Source: Malacoraja senta (Eukaryota). Taken from it: a stretch of 64,000 bases of DNA. Location of the stretch: positions 14,200,001 through 14,264,000 of the forward strand of contig CM075988.1 in NCBI GenBank assembly GCA_038087875.1, in the 5' to 3' direction. The position numbers were made by a program, and so were the translations under genes. Each line of letters begins with the position of its first letter. Position 1 is the first letter of the stretch. Positions 48,930 through 62,860 of this stretch are shown here, one piece after another. A model generated the notes under the pieces. That model was not told the DNA's origin and did not search any database. It was given only the letters and a program-made list of their open reading frames with translations.

Positions 48930-49237
48930 CTGATTGCAACCCTTGTTTACTAAAACAAGCCCACCCAAGCAAGTGAACGTAACGATCGATTTTAACATTC
49001 CTCCCCGCCCAATGATCTCTGACAAATGACCCTCTCCCCAACTACTACACCCTCGGTTGACCTTTTCCACTCTTCATCTACCTCGAGCAGACTGTTTCAG
49101 CACCAACCCTGGGTATACCTAATACTTGACGTGCTCTGCATTAACCAGAACGTGACAGAAAATCCTCATTTTACCATGCTGATAAACACACGATACATGG
49201 GGCCTTGCACACTGTTCAAAGTCCCAACATGAACAAC

Positions 49238-49438
49238 TAGGAAGGAACTGTAGATGCTGGTTTAATCTGAAGATAGACACAAAAAATCTGGAGTAACTCA
49301 GCAGGGCAGGCAGCATCTCTGGAGAGAAAGAATGGGTGATGTTTCAGGCCTGAAGAGTGGTCTCGACCCGAAACATCACCTATTCCTTCTCTCCAGAGAT
49401 GCTGCCTGTCCCGCTGAGTTACTCCAGCTTTTTGTATC
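49238..49438. mobile_element. Penelope-like foldback remnant
   Basis: Inverted arms; core CTGAAGAGTGGTCTCGACCCGAAACATC. Confidence 0.72.
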
Positions 49439-49982
49439 CATGAACAATTCAATTGCTGGCCTTCTGCAACCCATCAGAGGCTCCACTAGGTTTTTTGAAT
49501 ATTTCTTTTTTTGGTAAATCTATTTTTAGTTGCATGAACAAAAGTTAGTAATTAATGTTGCCACTCTTAAATATATCAAGATAATTTACAGAAATTTGTG
49601 TTTAAAAAAGCTAATATTTAAAAATGATTGTGATGGTTTACAGCAGATCTTGCAATCAGTTGGAAAGAAAAGAACTAATCTCAAAACGACTATGCAATAC
49701 AAGCCGGAAATGCTGGTAACACATCTTCTGTTTTTATTTCAGATTTACAATATCTGCAGTTTAGTTTTGGACTTTCAAAGTTAGTCATGAACAGAGATTG
49801 CTGATCAAGCCATGGTGAAAGTTTCATCCAGTCATATTTACCTGCTGACCTGAATCCACTCTCCCACTATTCAGGGCTGCATAGAAGGATGTTGCAGTGT
49901 CCAAGGATGTTGCAGTGGGTCAGCCAGTTTGATTGTTGTTTGCTGAAGTAGGTTCCCCAAATACATTATGAATCCGCTCTCT

Positions 49983-50297
49983 AGTTTTAGAGATACAGCA
50001 CGGAAACAGGCCCTTCGGCCCACCGTGTCCGTGCCAACCAGCGATCCCTGCACATTAATGCGACCCTACACACACTAGGGACAATTTACACTTATACCAA
50101 GCCAATTAACCTACAAACCTGTACGTCTTTGGAGTGTGGAAGGAAACCGAAGATCTCGGAGAAAACCCTCGTGGTCACGGGGAGAACGCACGAACTCCGT
50201 ACGGACAACACCCGTAGTCGGGATCAAACCCGGGTCTCTGGCGCTGCAAACTGTAAGGCAGCAACTCCACCATTGCTCTAAGTTGCCACCATGCTGC
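49983..50297 (-). mobile_element. HE1-like V-SINE
   Basis: Full-length family match. Confidence 0.85.
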
Positions 50298-51112
50298 TCT
50301 CAGTTGGAGAATAGACCCTTTGTGCCCTTCTTTTCCAGTTTAAATACGTTTCTGCCACTGATACTGAGAGTGCAATGGCTGATGCTGCTACACCCTCCGA
50401 CGCTTTGGTGTACATTTTAATTTTCACTGTCTAAAGCTTATAGTCATAAGCCAGAGCTGGAGATTTACCTTGGGGATTTTTGGTGTTTAATGATGTTTGC
50501 AATTCTTCTTTCTCTTTACATTCTTATCTCTTTTCTACTTATCTTTAAATGAGTTCCAAAACCTTTTATGTCAGGACTGTTAAGGGACTTCTTCGAGTTT
50601 AATTTTTGTAATCCCTAACGATTGAAAATGCATGTTAATAAAAAAAACATTGGTCCCATGTTTGAATAAAAAGAAATACTTTTCTATTAAAGTAAGATTC
50701 TTTTTTTCTCCAATCCAATTACCGTACACAATAATTGGAATATTTTCATCTCAAATTGTCTTCAGTTTATCAATGAGGCTTAAGTGTAAGTTCAGTGCCC
50801 TCCTTAAAAACTAATTGTTTGAGGCCTGTCACTATACAAATAATAGAAAATCACAGTTTTTTACTCATTAATCAGTGTCAAGCGGGGAGGGGGGATGTCA
50901 TTGTTGGCAATGAACTTTGAGAAACTTCAGAGGATTAGAATAATCTTTCCTTATGCTTCTGTCTTTCACATCGATTGTAGAGAATTTGATCGTATTAAGA
51001 TGGAAACACTCTTCTTGAAATAGGTCATGCCGTGATGTAGCCACCTTCCTTTTTGCATCATTTGAAATTCTCTCATTTATGTTTCCCCCCTCCCAATCTC
51101 TATAAACTCCAG

Positions 51113-51422
51113 GTTTAATTTAGTTTAGTGATACAGCGCGGAAACAGGCCCTTCCGCCCACCGTGTCCGCGCCGACCAGCGATCATCCCGCACACTAGCG
51201 CTATCCCACACACACACTAGGGACAATTTACAATTTTTTTAACCAAGCCAATTAACCAACAAACCGTACGGCTTTTGCAGTGGTGGGAGGAAACCAGAGC
51301 TCCCGAAGAAAACCCATGCAGGTCACAGGGAGAACCTACAAACTCCGCACAAACAGCACCCATAGTTAGCATTGAACCCAGGTCTCTGACGCTGTAAGGC
51401 AGCAAATCTATCGCTATGCCAC
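51113..51422 (-). mobile_element. HE1-like V-SINE
   Basis: Full-length family match. Confidence 0.85.
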
Positions 51423-52439
51423 TCTTACCTTCCATTTCTGGACTCCAGAATATCTCTAAGCTTAATTGTGCCACTATTGGCAAAAGTGCAAGGCTCTTTA
51501 TTCTGGAAAATCCTCCCAGAACTATTTCTCTGCCTGCTACTTTAATCATGTGCTCTAATATATGGTCTGGTGCCAATTTATTTGTTTGATAATGTTCCTG
51601 TGAAGCACCAAGGTTTATTTTTGCAAAGCTGTAGATGCCACATTAACAGAAGTGGGTGTTGATGTTTATATCCGCAAGCACACATCATAATTAAGTTCAG
51701 ACTTAAATGGCTTCTGGCGAACTCTTCAGTGCACAGTCGGGAAGGAATGCTTTTTCTATGATGCAGTGCAAAATAGTCATATAAGTAACTGAAAACTTTA
51801 TTTTGAACAATTGTGGGATGCTTCTGATAATGACAGTATCTGAAACGGTTACAACCAGGCTCAAAACATAAAAATCAACAGAGAAACTCATGCCCACAAA
51901 CTTGATCAGCTGGCCATACTCTCAAGCATTGAATTGTAAACATTTTATGCGCAACTCATGAAAATGCTGCCACCCTGTGAGAACGGCAATGCTTGTTAAA
52001 TTTGATCCAATGTTTCCTGCTGAAGTATGCATAAGTGCACACCAGACTATTATGTGTAGGATATGCACAGACATATTTCATTGCATAAGCTTGATTTGAG
52101 TGCCCACCTTTCTCTGCTTTACACATATGTCTTATGTTCAACAGTGGCTCCAGCTATAGAGACAATTCCTCCTTGAGCTGACCTCAATGGCCACTTCCAC
52201 TGGATCGCTGTTCAAGAGACCCTCCTGAAACCAATAGCGTGGAAAACATGACTCCTGTGCTCCACTTCAATAACACGATAGGTTGAGTGATGAATCTGAG
52301 AAATGAAGACTCTACATCTACAAGAAAGCCTCCAATGCTGCCACCATGCTACCCACTAAGTTCATTCTCAAGTGGGCACTGTAGAGGTGCAGCAGATTGA
52401 ACTGCTGCCACACAGCTCCCTGATCCCAATTCAACCCTG

Positions 52440-52920
52440 AGAGTTGTGGACGTAACCCAGACCATCACACAAACCAGCTTCCCTTCCACTGATTCCATCT
52501 ACACTTCACGCTACCTCGGAATGACCACCAGCATTTCCAAGGACCAGTCTCACCCTGGTAACTGCCTCTTCTCCCCTCTCCCATCAGGTAGGAGGTACAG
52601 AAGTTTGAAAACACATAGCTCCAGATTCAGGAACAGTCTCTTCCCAGCTGTTATCAATGAACTGAATAGTTCTCTCATCATCAAGAGTGCGGTCCTAACC
52701 TCCCATCTACCTCATTGGAAACCTTTGAACTAGCTTTAACCAGAATTTATCGAACTTCAATGTTATAAATTTGCACTAAACATTGTACCCTTTATCCTTT
52801 ATCTGCACACAGTGGACGGCTTGATTGTATTTAGGTATATTCTTTTATTTTACTACATAGCATGCAAACAAAAGCTTTGCACTTGGTACACGTGACAATA
52901 ATAAACTAAACTAAACTAAA
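52440..52920 (+). mobile_element. Rex1/Babar-clade LINE 3' fragment
   Basis: KDQSHPGNCLFSPLPSGRRYRSLKTHSSRFRNSLFPAVINELN; tail (aaact)n. Confidence 0.85.
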
Positions 52921-53262
52921 TAAGGATGTCAAATTATTTAATTTTTAATTTATCTTTATTTTACAAAGCACCCAGCTTTGAAACACATTGATGGAGGCAT
53001 GGGTTTTCTGAGTGCATTCATAGTGAAGGGCAAGTGTCAAACATCATTTGGATCGTTGTTTCTTCACTAGTTGCGGGTTTTCAGCGCGCTACCCCGGAGT
53101 TTTTGGGATGCCAAAGGAGGCCAGGGTAGTTAGTTTTGCAGTTTCTCTGTTGCAGTTTTACGGCAACAGAGAAATGCAGCACAGTTGCATTTTGAGGCAC
53201 AATTTTGCAAAACAAATAATATTCTTGTGTAAGAAGGAAAAGAAGGTCTGATGACGGGTTCC

Positions 53263-53339
53263 GACCCCGAAACGTCACCCATCCTTTTTTCGCCAGAGAT
53301 GCTGCTTGACCGGCTGAGTTACCCCAACATTTGTGTCTA
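53263..53339 (+). mobile_element. Penelope-like remnant with canonical CUGAUGA hammerhead core
   Basis: AAGGT-CTGATGA-CGGGTTCCGACCCC-GAAAC-GTC-ACCC. Confidence 0.68.
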
Positions 53340-54639
53340 AATAATATTCTTGTTCTGTTTGGCTGGGCTAGATTTAATTGCAATTTGTTGGTTGGAATCT
53401 GTCAACAGTTCAATACTTTTGCATTGGAAAATGCATGTGTCAACTCATGAACTTGAAAAATGTCAACAATTTGCAGCCAAACTGCCAGCAATCCCCAGTG
53501 TGGCTCAGCACAGTGGTTGCTGAATGGAGTGGAACAGCTCCATTGAGTTTCCCTGATGTGGAAAAGATCACTCTAAGTTTCTAGCACTGGCGATTGCAAG
53601 AGCAGACATAAAGCTTAATGCTAAGTTACTTCAAGCCATGCTACAAAGAAAAACTCTCACTTTTCATGTTTCAGTAGTGTCTTTTTCTGAAATTCTCGTT
53701 TGTCAGCAAATCAGACATGAAATGAGCTGAAGTGTCTGTGGAATTCTGGCAAAGCATAGCCTAGCAAATTGCAGTTACCTACAACTTACTCTGGCACTGA
53801 GCAAGATAATCCACATGGAACTCAGTGTGAACAAGTTATGGGAGAAACAAGGAAGCAGCGAATGTATCGAGGACTGGGCAAAAAATAGTCATCTCCAGCA
53901 GGAAACACTGGATCAAATTGAACAAGCAATGCCGTTCACAGAGGGTGGCAAAGAATTAGCAATACAGGGTGCTTGTACGTATATAGTGCTTTGTTTCCAC
54001 ACTTTGGTTTTATTGACTTTGGCATGCGATGAAGCTGGCAAACAAGGATGAAATTCCAACCATTTATGGAGGGATATTAAGACAAAGTGGTGTTATGCGA
54101 GAGACGAGAGATGAAGAAACTGACAAATAAGCAGTATGTTTGCATCCCACCATGGCCGCTGCAGAATTTAAACCTGGAATGAAATGCTGGCTGAAGTATA
54201 GGTAGCCAAAAAAATGACAGGACTGAGGTAAAAATCCATGTAGATCACTAAAGAAGGAAATCTGCCAACCTTAATTAGTTTGGCCTAAATGTGACTCTGT
54301 GTTCACTGATGTCATTCTATCATCTCTGCCCAATGAAAGGCCAATAAATCATTCATTTCATGAGACTTCACTGTACATGCTGGCCAAATGATTGAATAAT
54401 ATGAACTGAGCCAGATGGCGATAGAATGGAGCCTGGAGTTTGTGAATGGTGGAGGCTGCACAGATTGCATTGAACAAGACTTCAAGAAGACTTGAAATCA
54501 GGACAAAGCCCTGCAGAAAACTCCTGCCTCTGCATGCATTTGGATAATGAAATCCAGTAGAGCTCCAATCAAGCAAATAATAGAGAATTATACAAATGTC
54601 CCTATTTCCGACAGAGAAATTCTGATGGTAATGTTCACG

Positions 54640-54975
54640 TTCACAAGTTGACAAGTTATAGAAGTAGAATTAGGCCATTCAGCCCATCGATTCTACTCCG
54701 CCATTCAATCATGGCTGATCTTTGCCTCCTAATCCCATTTTCCTGCCTTCTCCCCATAAGAATTTGTCTATCTCTGCCTTAAAAATATCCACTGATTTGG
54801 CCTACGCAACCCTCTGTGGCAATGAGTTCCACAGATTAACTACCCTCTGACTAAAGAAGTTCCTCCTCACCTCCTTTCTAAAAGAGCACCCTTTAATTCT
54901 GAGGCTTTGATCTCTGGTCCTAGACTCTCCCGCCAGTAGAAACATCCTTTCCACATCCAGTCTATCTATGCCTAT
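54640..54975 (-). mobile_element. CR1 3' fragment
   Basis: Reverse complement of the 6620-6840 type CR1 end. Confidence 0.75.
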
Positions 54976-56907
54976 GTTAAAGGGTCCATCTTCTCAGATC
55001 AGAGAAAAGGAAGTTAAACAGGAGAATATTATCCACCCAATTTAAACATGGGTCTGCCCTGTCTCTGAACAGGGATGGTTACTCACCATTTCAGATCCAG
55101 GCATGAAATGAAGAGTCATTCTCTTGGGACATTGATCCATCTTCCGAATGACCTTATTATTTTCTATTCCCAAATATAATTATAATATTAAGAAATGACT
55201 TTTTGTATTGGAAATGGCCGTACTTCTTATACACGGAGAAGGATAAAATACATATAGTTACCAAGGTATAAAGTTATATTTTTTAAGAGATACTAATGGA
55301 TGCCCCAAGATATGACCATGGTGAGAATATGGGGCTGACTACCAATCATAAATATGATTTGCATTGATGCTTTTATGAAGCTGAATACGAAGATGAGAAA
55401 GATATTTATAGGGCGAAATGAAGTAATGTGTCAAGAGATTACTCTGCTGCCAAATTCTACAATATTCATTATTACCGTTTCAAGGTCTTAAAGTCTCTTA
55501 GGATATGGAGAGCCCTTAACACAGAGTAACTACTCATGGTAAGACTCTTTGTTAAGCTTGACTAATCCATATGGAGGAAGTCTCCATTGAACGTACTAGT
55601 ATGTGCCAATGTTAGGAGAAAATATAATTCACTTTAAGTATATGTTCTCATGGTCTATAATCTGCCATCGGTCACTGTGGTGGGAACCAATACCGGATCC
55701 AGCTCCTGAGTATCGTGCTTCAGAATCAATCGATATTGGAGGGAGAAATATAATCCATCGGCAAGGATGGGCAGTTCGCTTACAATGAGCAGGTAGACAT
55801 ATTCTACCACAAATGAATTGCACTGGGGAAAGCATGCGCACACATGAATCTCACCATCTCCATACCCTGCTAAAGGGGATCCATTGGTGAAGTCTGACAG
55901 ATCTCAGTGCTGGTTGAGATCAGCACATTTCCCTGCCTGGAGATATTGCCAAGATTAAGCCCAGCGTTTGGAAGCATTGATGTGTGAGAAAGTTGCAGCT
56001 GAACCTATGGCAGTTTGACAGAATTGCTCAGTACAGACGGTTGCGAGAAATAAATATACTGTGAATGATGACAAGAATTCTTTGAGAGTGGCACAAGAAT
56101 CTTCAGTAGAAGGAGGAACAATTTTTAACAGAATGGAGCACTTATGTTTCCAACTTGCCATGTATCAGAGACAATGATGTCATTTAGGTATGTTGGTTAC
56201 AAATCAGGAAAGATAATAAATGAATTGGTCATCATGTAGTTGTCTAATGAACAAATAGTAAATTCAAGGCAGGTGGGGATGAAATTACTACTGCAGAATA
56301 AAGCATGGGGTCCATCCTTTGTCTGAGCAAATCTGAAATTGGGATCACTTTGTGGCTGTCTCACTAAGAACTGTTGCCCGTAGGAATTCTCACACCACTT
56401 TAATTATGGGACACAGTCTCAAACCCACAGCTCAAGTTTATTGGCCACAGGATATGTACATAAATCAAGTTTTATTTATAGTCTAAAGGTTCACTGTGAA
56501 GCTAAAGGAACAGAAGTAATCTTCACAAGGAAGTTCCCCTTCCACTAGCCTACTTTGTTCTTTGGTTCAAACACAACCTGTCCCTTCTTCCAAGCCGTGG
56601 AACAAACCTAATGGGTTAAGCATGGCTACCTGAGTTCTATATTTCCATTCCCTCCAGCGATCAGTGACTTAATTTCTACAGGAACAGACAGAGAGAAGTA
56701 TCAGAACATGTTAAGAGGCCCAAGAGATTGGTGGATCCCTAGTTTTGTGCTTAATTTCCAATTCCTATCAGAATTAAAACTGCAGCTGCAGGTTCAACCG
56801 ACTCTTACCAATAGGCAGAGGATGGGGAATATGTATTAATGCCTATCATGTTCCATAAATATAATCATACTAATCACGAAAATATATCTCAATTGATCCA
56901 TGCTGCA

Positions 56908-58857
56908 GTCAAAGTCTTACGGCACAGAAACAAGCCCTTCAGCTCAACTCGTCCATGCCAACCAAGTTGCCCCATCTAAGCTGATCCCATTTGCCCGCAT
57001 TTGGCCCATATCCCTCTAAACATTTCCTATCCATGTATCTGTCTAAATGTATTTTAAATGTCATAAAACCTGTCTCAACTATCTCCTCTGGCATTCCATA
57101 TACCCACCATCCTCTGAGTGAAATAGTTGCCCCTCAGGTTAGATACATAGATACATAGAAAATAGGTGCAGGAGTAGGCCATTCGGCCCTTCGAGCCTGC
57201 ACCGCCATTCAATATGATCATGGCTGATCATCCAACTCAGTATCCCGTACCTGCCTTCTCTCCATACCCCCTGATCCCTTTAGCCACAAGGGCCACATCT
57301 AACTCCCTCTTAAATATAGCCAATGAACTGGCCTCAACTACGCTCTGTGGCAGAGAGTTCCAGAGATTCACCACTCTCTGTGTGAAAACGTTTTTTCTCA
57401 TCTCGGTCTTAAAAGATTTCCCCCTTATCCTTAAGCCGTGACCCCTTGTCCTGGACTTCCCCAACATCGGGAACAATCTTCCTGCATCCAGCCTGTCCAA
57501 CCCCATAAGAATTTTGTAAGTTTCTATAAGATCCCCTCTCAATCTCCTAAATTCTAGCGAGTATAAGCCGAGTCTATCCAGTCTTTCTTCATATGAAAGT
57601 CCTGACATCCCAGGAATCAGTCTGGTGAACCTTCTCTGCACTCCCTCTATGGCTATAATGTCCTTCCTCAGATTTGGAGACCAAAACTGTACGCAATACT
57701 CCAGGTGTGGTCTCACCAAGAACCTGTACAACTGCAGTAGAACCTCCCTGCTCCTATACTCAAATCCTTTTGCTATGAAAGCTAACATACCATTCGCTTT
57801 CTTCACTGCCTGCTGCACCTGCATGCCTACTTTCAATGACTGGTGTACCATGACACCCAGGTCTCGCTGCATCTCCCCTTTTCCTAATCGGCCACCATTT
57901 AGATAATAGTCTGCTTTCCTGTTTTTGCCACCAAAGTGGATAACCTCACATTTATCCACAATATACTGCATCTGCCAAACATTTGCCCACTCACCCAGCC
58001 TATCCAAGTCACCTTGCAGTCCCCTAGCATCCTCCTCACAGCTAACACTGCCCCCCAGCTTAGTGTCATCCGCAAACTTGGAGATGTTGCCTTCAATTCC
58101 CTCATCCAGTTCATTAATATAAATTGTAAATAGCTGGGGTCCCAGCACTGAGCCTTGCGGTACCCCACTAGTCACTGCCTGCCATTGTGAAAATGACCCG
58201 TTTACTCCTACTCTTTGCTTCCTGTTTGCCAGCCAGTTCTCTATCCACATAAATACTGAACCCCCAATACCGTGTGCTTTAAGTTTGTATATTAATCTCT
58301 TATGTGGGACCTTGTCGAAAGCCTTCTGAAAGTCCAGATACAACACATCCACTGGTTCTCCCCTATCCACTCTACTAGTTACATCCTCAAAAAATTCTAT
58401 AAGATTCGTCAGACATGATTTACCTTTCGTAAATCCATGCTGACTTTGTCCAATGATTTCACCACTTTCCAAATGTGCTGCTATCCCATCTTTAATAACT
58501 GACTCTAGCAGGTTCATATTAAATCTTGACCCTCGCACCTCAAACACTTGCCCTCTTGTTTATGATTCCCCTACCTTGGGTAAAAGTCTCTGTGCATACA
58601 CCCTATCTATTCTGCTCATGATTTTATACATCTCTACAAGATCACCCCTCAGCCTCCTGCGCTCCAAGGAATAAAGCTTTTGCCTTTAAAACTTCTCCCT
58701 GTAACTTAGCCCCTTAAATCCTGGCAACATCCTTGCAAATCTTCTCTGCACTTTTTCCAGCATAATGAGATCCTTCCTATAGCAGGGTGACCAAAACTGA
58801 ACACAGTCCTCCAAGTATGGCCTCACCAAGGTCTTGTACAACTGTAACACTACGTCC
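56908..58857 (-). mobile_element. Older CR1 3' fragment split by the nested insertion
   Basis: CR1 3'-end sequence at 56908-57140 continues co-linearly at 58509-58857. Confidence 0.8.
57141..58508 (-). mobile_element. CR1 LINE 3' portion (RT domain, open frame), same subfamily as the 2643-5561 copy, nested in an older CR1 fragment
   Basis: ORF 57237-58547 carries RT motifs nearly identical to the 4570-5430 translation. Flanked by direct repeat CAGGTT at 57135-57140 and 58509-58514. Confidence 0.95.
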
Positions 58858-59566
58858 CAAAATGAGTCTTCCTCATATCAAAGACCATGCTTCAGCCCAA
58901 CGTTACTATATAAATATCCCTCAGCACTAATATATAACAATGTGTTCTGGGTAGTTACTGGGACAGGAAAAAGGACTTTAAAAAAATGAGTCAATGACAG
59001 AATGGATATAATCAATTCAGAGTCAATCACCATAATCGTGGAGTGCTGATCCTTGTGTATTGTAACAACAAATAATTAAAAACAATCCATTTTGGATTAT
59101 CACAACATAAACACTGCCTGGGATGAGTTTACAGCATGAAAGTGATCATAATATGTACACATATATACATACACATATGATGCACAAGTTAATTCTAGCC
59201 CAATCTCATTAGCTCCTACCCTAATTGACTGCCCTAATTACCAGTCAATGCCGCTGGCAGGACATTAAGTCATTGCTCCCCCACATATCCTGACATTACA
59301 CTGTACTATAATGTTACATTAAATAGTTCTCCACTGGCAGCTTTAATCAGAGGAGTTATGTTACATCCGGTTTGATAGTGAGGGCTTTCTCAGCGTGTAT
59401 TTGCAATGACTTTTTAATGTTTACAGTGTCCGCCACAACTGGTCTGAGAGTGCACATCAAATGCATGTAAATATTAGCAAAATCGTAACCCTCATCATGA
59501 TTTTATACCGTAATGCACATATTAACCTCAGACTGAGTAAACTGGTTAATTCTGATGGAACAACTA

Positions 59567-59872
59567 GCAGCACAGTGGTGCAGTGGTAGAGCTGCTGCCC
59601 CACAATGCCAGAGATCCGGGTTCGATCTTGACTGCGGGTGCTGTCTGTGCGGAGTTTGCACGCTCTCCCTGTGACTGCATGGGTTTTCTCCGGGTGCTTC
59701 GGTTTCCTCCCACATTCCAAAGACGTGCGGGTTCGTAGGTTAATTGGTTTCTGTAAATTGCCCCGAGTGTGCAGGACATAGAACTACTATTTGGGTGGTT
59801 GTCGTGGACTCAGTAGGCCGAAGGACCTGTTACCATGCCGTATCTCTAAACTAAACTCTAAATTAAACTAAA
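59567..59872 (+). mobile_element. HE1-like V-SINE
   Basis: Full-length family match. Confidence 0.85.
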
Positions 59873-60329
59873 TCCTTAAGATGTAATTGTCACAGACTAA
59901 ATCAACGGTTGAAGAACCATGATGCTACTTGCTGTTTTGCAACACCCTTTGTTTAACTTTTCCCTTGGTTTCATCTGGGCTGATGGTCTGCTGCTTCAAA
60001 CTTTGTACAGGCCCACTGCACAACAGCCAAGAGGAAAGGTATTGGCAATGTGATAGATAACCTTGCTTGACTTAAGCTATGAAACCATTTGCAAAGTTAT
60101 CCATTTTGGTTTAAACTTAAATTGCTAGGCATGCAGAATATAAGATAAATTCACTGGCTGGGTTGTTTTTTTACATCGAAATGTCAAACATTTTTTTTCA
60201 TTACAATTCCTAAATGAACAGTGTGCCATTACTGGAACCAATTATATTTTGATATTGAGTGAAACTTTGATTAGACACTTTAGTTTGATGATCTTGCACT
60301 TGTGCTTAGTAATCTCTGAACTTTCACAA

Positions 60330-60382
60330 CTAGAATTAGGTTGTGCACGGTGCACGGTGCACGGTGCACAACCTAATTCTAG
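60330..60382. repeat. Short inverted repeat with (GGTGCAC)n core
   Basis: CTAGAATTAGGTTGTGCAC ... GTGCACAACCTAATTCTAG, perfect 19-bp arms. Confidence 0.9.
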
Positions 60383-60984
60383 CCCAATCTCATTAGCTTC
60401 TTTCTTGCGTGCCCGAGGTGCCAGAGGCAATCTTGCTGGGAGGTGAGAAGTTAACTTATTGGTCCTCCACAAAGCATAAGATGGTAAATTCCAAGTATTA
60501 CCAACGAACTAAGAGTGGTGTAAAAGTCAATTTTACCAGAGATGTTTGTATAACGGTGATATATATTTTTTCCTGATAATTACAACCAGCATCTAACAAT
60601 AAATGCCAATTATATGGCACATTGGCCTCAGCGAATTATAATATTTTATTCATTTATTAATATCATTTAATTAAGCCTTTGCATTGTTTTGGTGCATTGA
60701 TGTGTTGAGGAGCTACATTCAAAAGCCTGATGGCTGATTTAAAGAGCAAGGCAATGGAGATACTTTCCTTTGGAGGGATGAATTGGAAAGGGAACACTGT
60801 TTTTGCCATCATGAATGATCTAGTCTGATATCTCAGTGACCCCCCTGTTAATTTTGTGAACGCCCCACAGCCCTATGGCTCACTCAATCATGAGACCATC
60901 ACACTAAGATCATTAGGACACAGGCTCAAACCTGGAAGCTACACATGAGTTCAGGGAAGACTTTTACTCTGATCCTGATAACTT

Positions 60985-61220
60985 CGTAGATAGACACAAA
61001 ATGCTGGAGTAACTCAGCGGGACAGGCAGCATCTCTGGAGAGAAGGAATGGGTGACATTTTGGGTCAAGACCCTTCTTCAGACTGATGTCAGGGGAGTGG
61101 GTGGTACATAGATAAGGAAGTGTATAGATAAGGAAGTGTAAGGTGTGAAACAGGATCAAGGGAATGGAGATCAAGGAACATGTAGAAAAGATCATGGTTT
61201 GTTGGGATAAGGTAAAAACA
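60985..61220 (-). mobile_element. Penelope-like terminal remnant
   Basis: Same family as 18222 and 37646. Confidence 0.7.
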
Positions 61221-62589
61221 AAATGATAACTTCCTGACTGCATCCAGAAGGAGACAAGCAGAGTCTTCTGGGAAACGTTGTTACCTGTTATGGGAAAGAA
61301 GCAGTCTTTGTACAAGGCATGACTGGCAATGAGGAAGGCTCACTCCAACTATTTATTTCATTGGTAATGGAACAATGGGTGTGTGAAGTTAACTAAAGAT
61401 TCCTGCTGTTAATTGCTTTCCTTCTGGGAATTTCCCAAATATGGATGTTAGATAGGGGCAGAATTAGATTAAATTGTGATGGCATCCAAGGAGGAACAGG
61501 GTGCCCACACAGGGTGAGCTGGTAAAAGAGTACTGAAACCTCTGGCCTTTCAGGAGTGCTGAGTTACAAAGCAACTGGCATCTGAACACAAAGGGGTGTC
61601 GTGGCTGGATCACGCTGACAATCCTAGAAGCTGTGCTGTCAGAATAATGAGTGAGAGACAGGACAAGAAGCCCTCTCTGCAGGAGCATAGAATGCCTTTA
61701 TAAGCTAGGACTAGATGATGTTATGCCTTGCATAAGCAATGTCATCAAATTTGATTTAATGATCAAAAGAGCATCTCTGTTGGCATGGACGTGAATCCTG
61801 TGATAAGGTTAAAATGTTATTTATATTCCAGCGTTTCAGCTGAGAGGGTTTTAAGTTGCTCAATGAATATTCATCCCCTATTTCCCAACAATCAGCAGCT
61901 CTCACTATCACACACCTGCTGAACTGCCACTCATGTCAGCTACTTAATTAAAAGTTTAATATTTTGTCACCTTATTAAAAGATGATAAACTGCTTAATTT
62001 GACTAATGCCATTCGGCTATATTTAGCAAGAAAAATTAAGAGCAAAAAAAATCTATTCTTACCAAAGCATTCCAGACGGCTTAAAACCAAAATCCAATGA
62101 CCAAGGTTGGATAACATTTCTTGAGGTTTCTCTTGGTTCTAGATTGACTTTCATATTTATTTGGGAAGGTTATGACATTGCTGATAATGGTTTTTAATTT
62201 GATTTGTATCTAGTTTTTCTCACCTATCTCAAGTTCATATTGTGTGAAAATCAATGAGGGACCAATGTCATATCTCTGCCTTGGTAAAGTAACGGCTATT
62301 GAGTTTGTGATATTTTATTTTCCTCATAGCCATAATTTGTAAGACCATAGTTTAATTCTGATTTGTGCTGTTCCGTAGAGTAGACAGTTTCGAAATCCTT
62401 ACAATCAACTGTGAAAATAGACACTCTCCTTTTGAAATTTAGATAAAATGTAACATTTCTTACTTGCTGATCTACAACAATTATTCTACATCATTAGCCT
62501 TGTCTTCCATTGGTGTGTACGCAAATCAGTTAGAAAAATGACCACAGTTTAACCATGCCCATTTTAGTGTTGTCTTTTTTTACTTCTGG

Positions 62590-62860
62590 TTTCAGAGATA
62601 CAGCATGGAAACAGGCCCTTTGGTTTATGCTGACCATTGATTGCCTGTTAATGCTGGTTCTATGTTTTCTCACTTTCACATCCACTGACAATTAACCTAC
62701 AAACCCACACACCTTTGGGATGTGGGAGGAAACTGGAGCACCCAGAGGAAACCCATGAGGTCACAAGGAGAATGTGTAAACTCCATATAGGTCATGACTG
62801 AATCCGTGTCTCTAGCGCTGTGATTCAGCAGCTTTTCCAACCGTGCCACTGTGCTGCCCC
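62590..62860 (-). mobile_element. HE1-like V-SINE
   Basis: Family match. Confidence 0.8.

Noticed and set aside
55140..55860. Repeat-free stretch with overlapping short ORFs, considered as a possible endogenous viral fragment
   Set aside because: The frames I translated have multiple stops and no recognisable motif; cannot be supported without a tBLASTx search.
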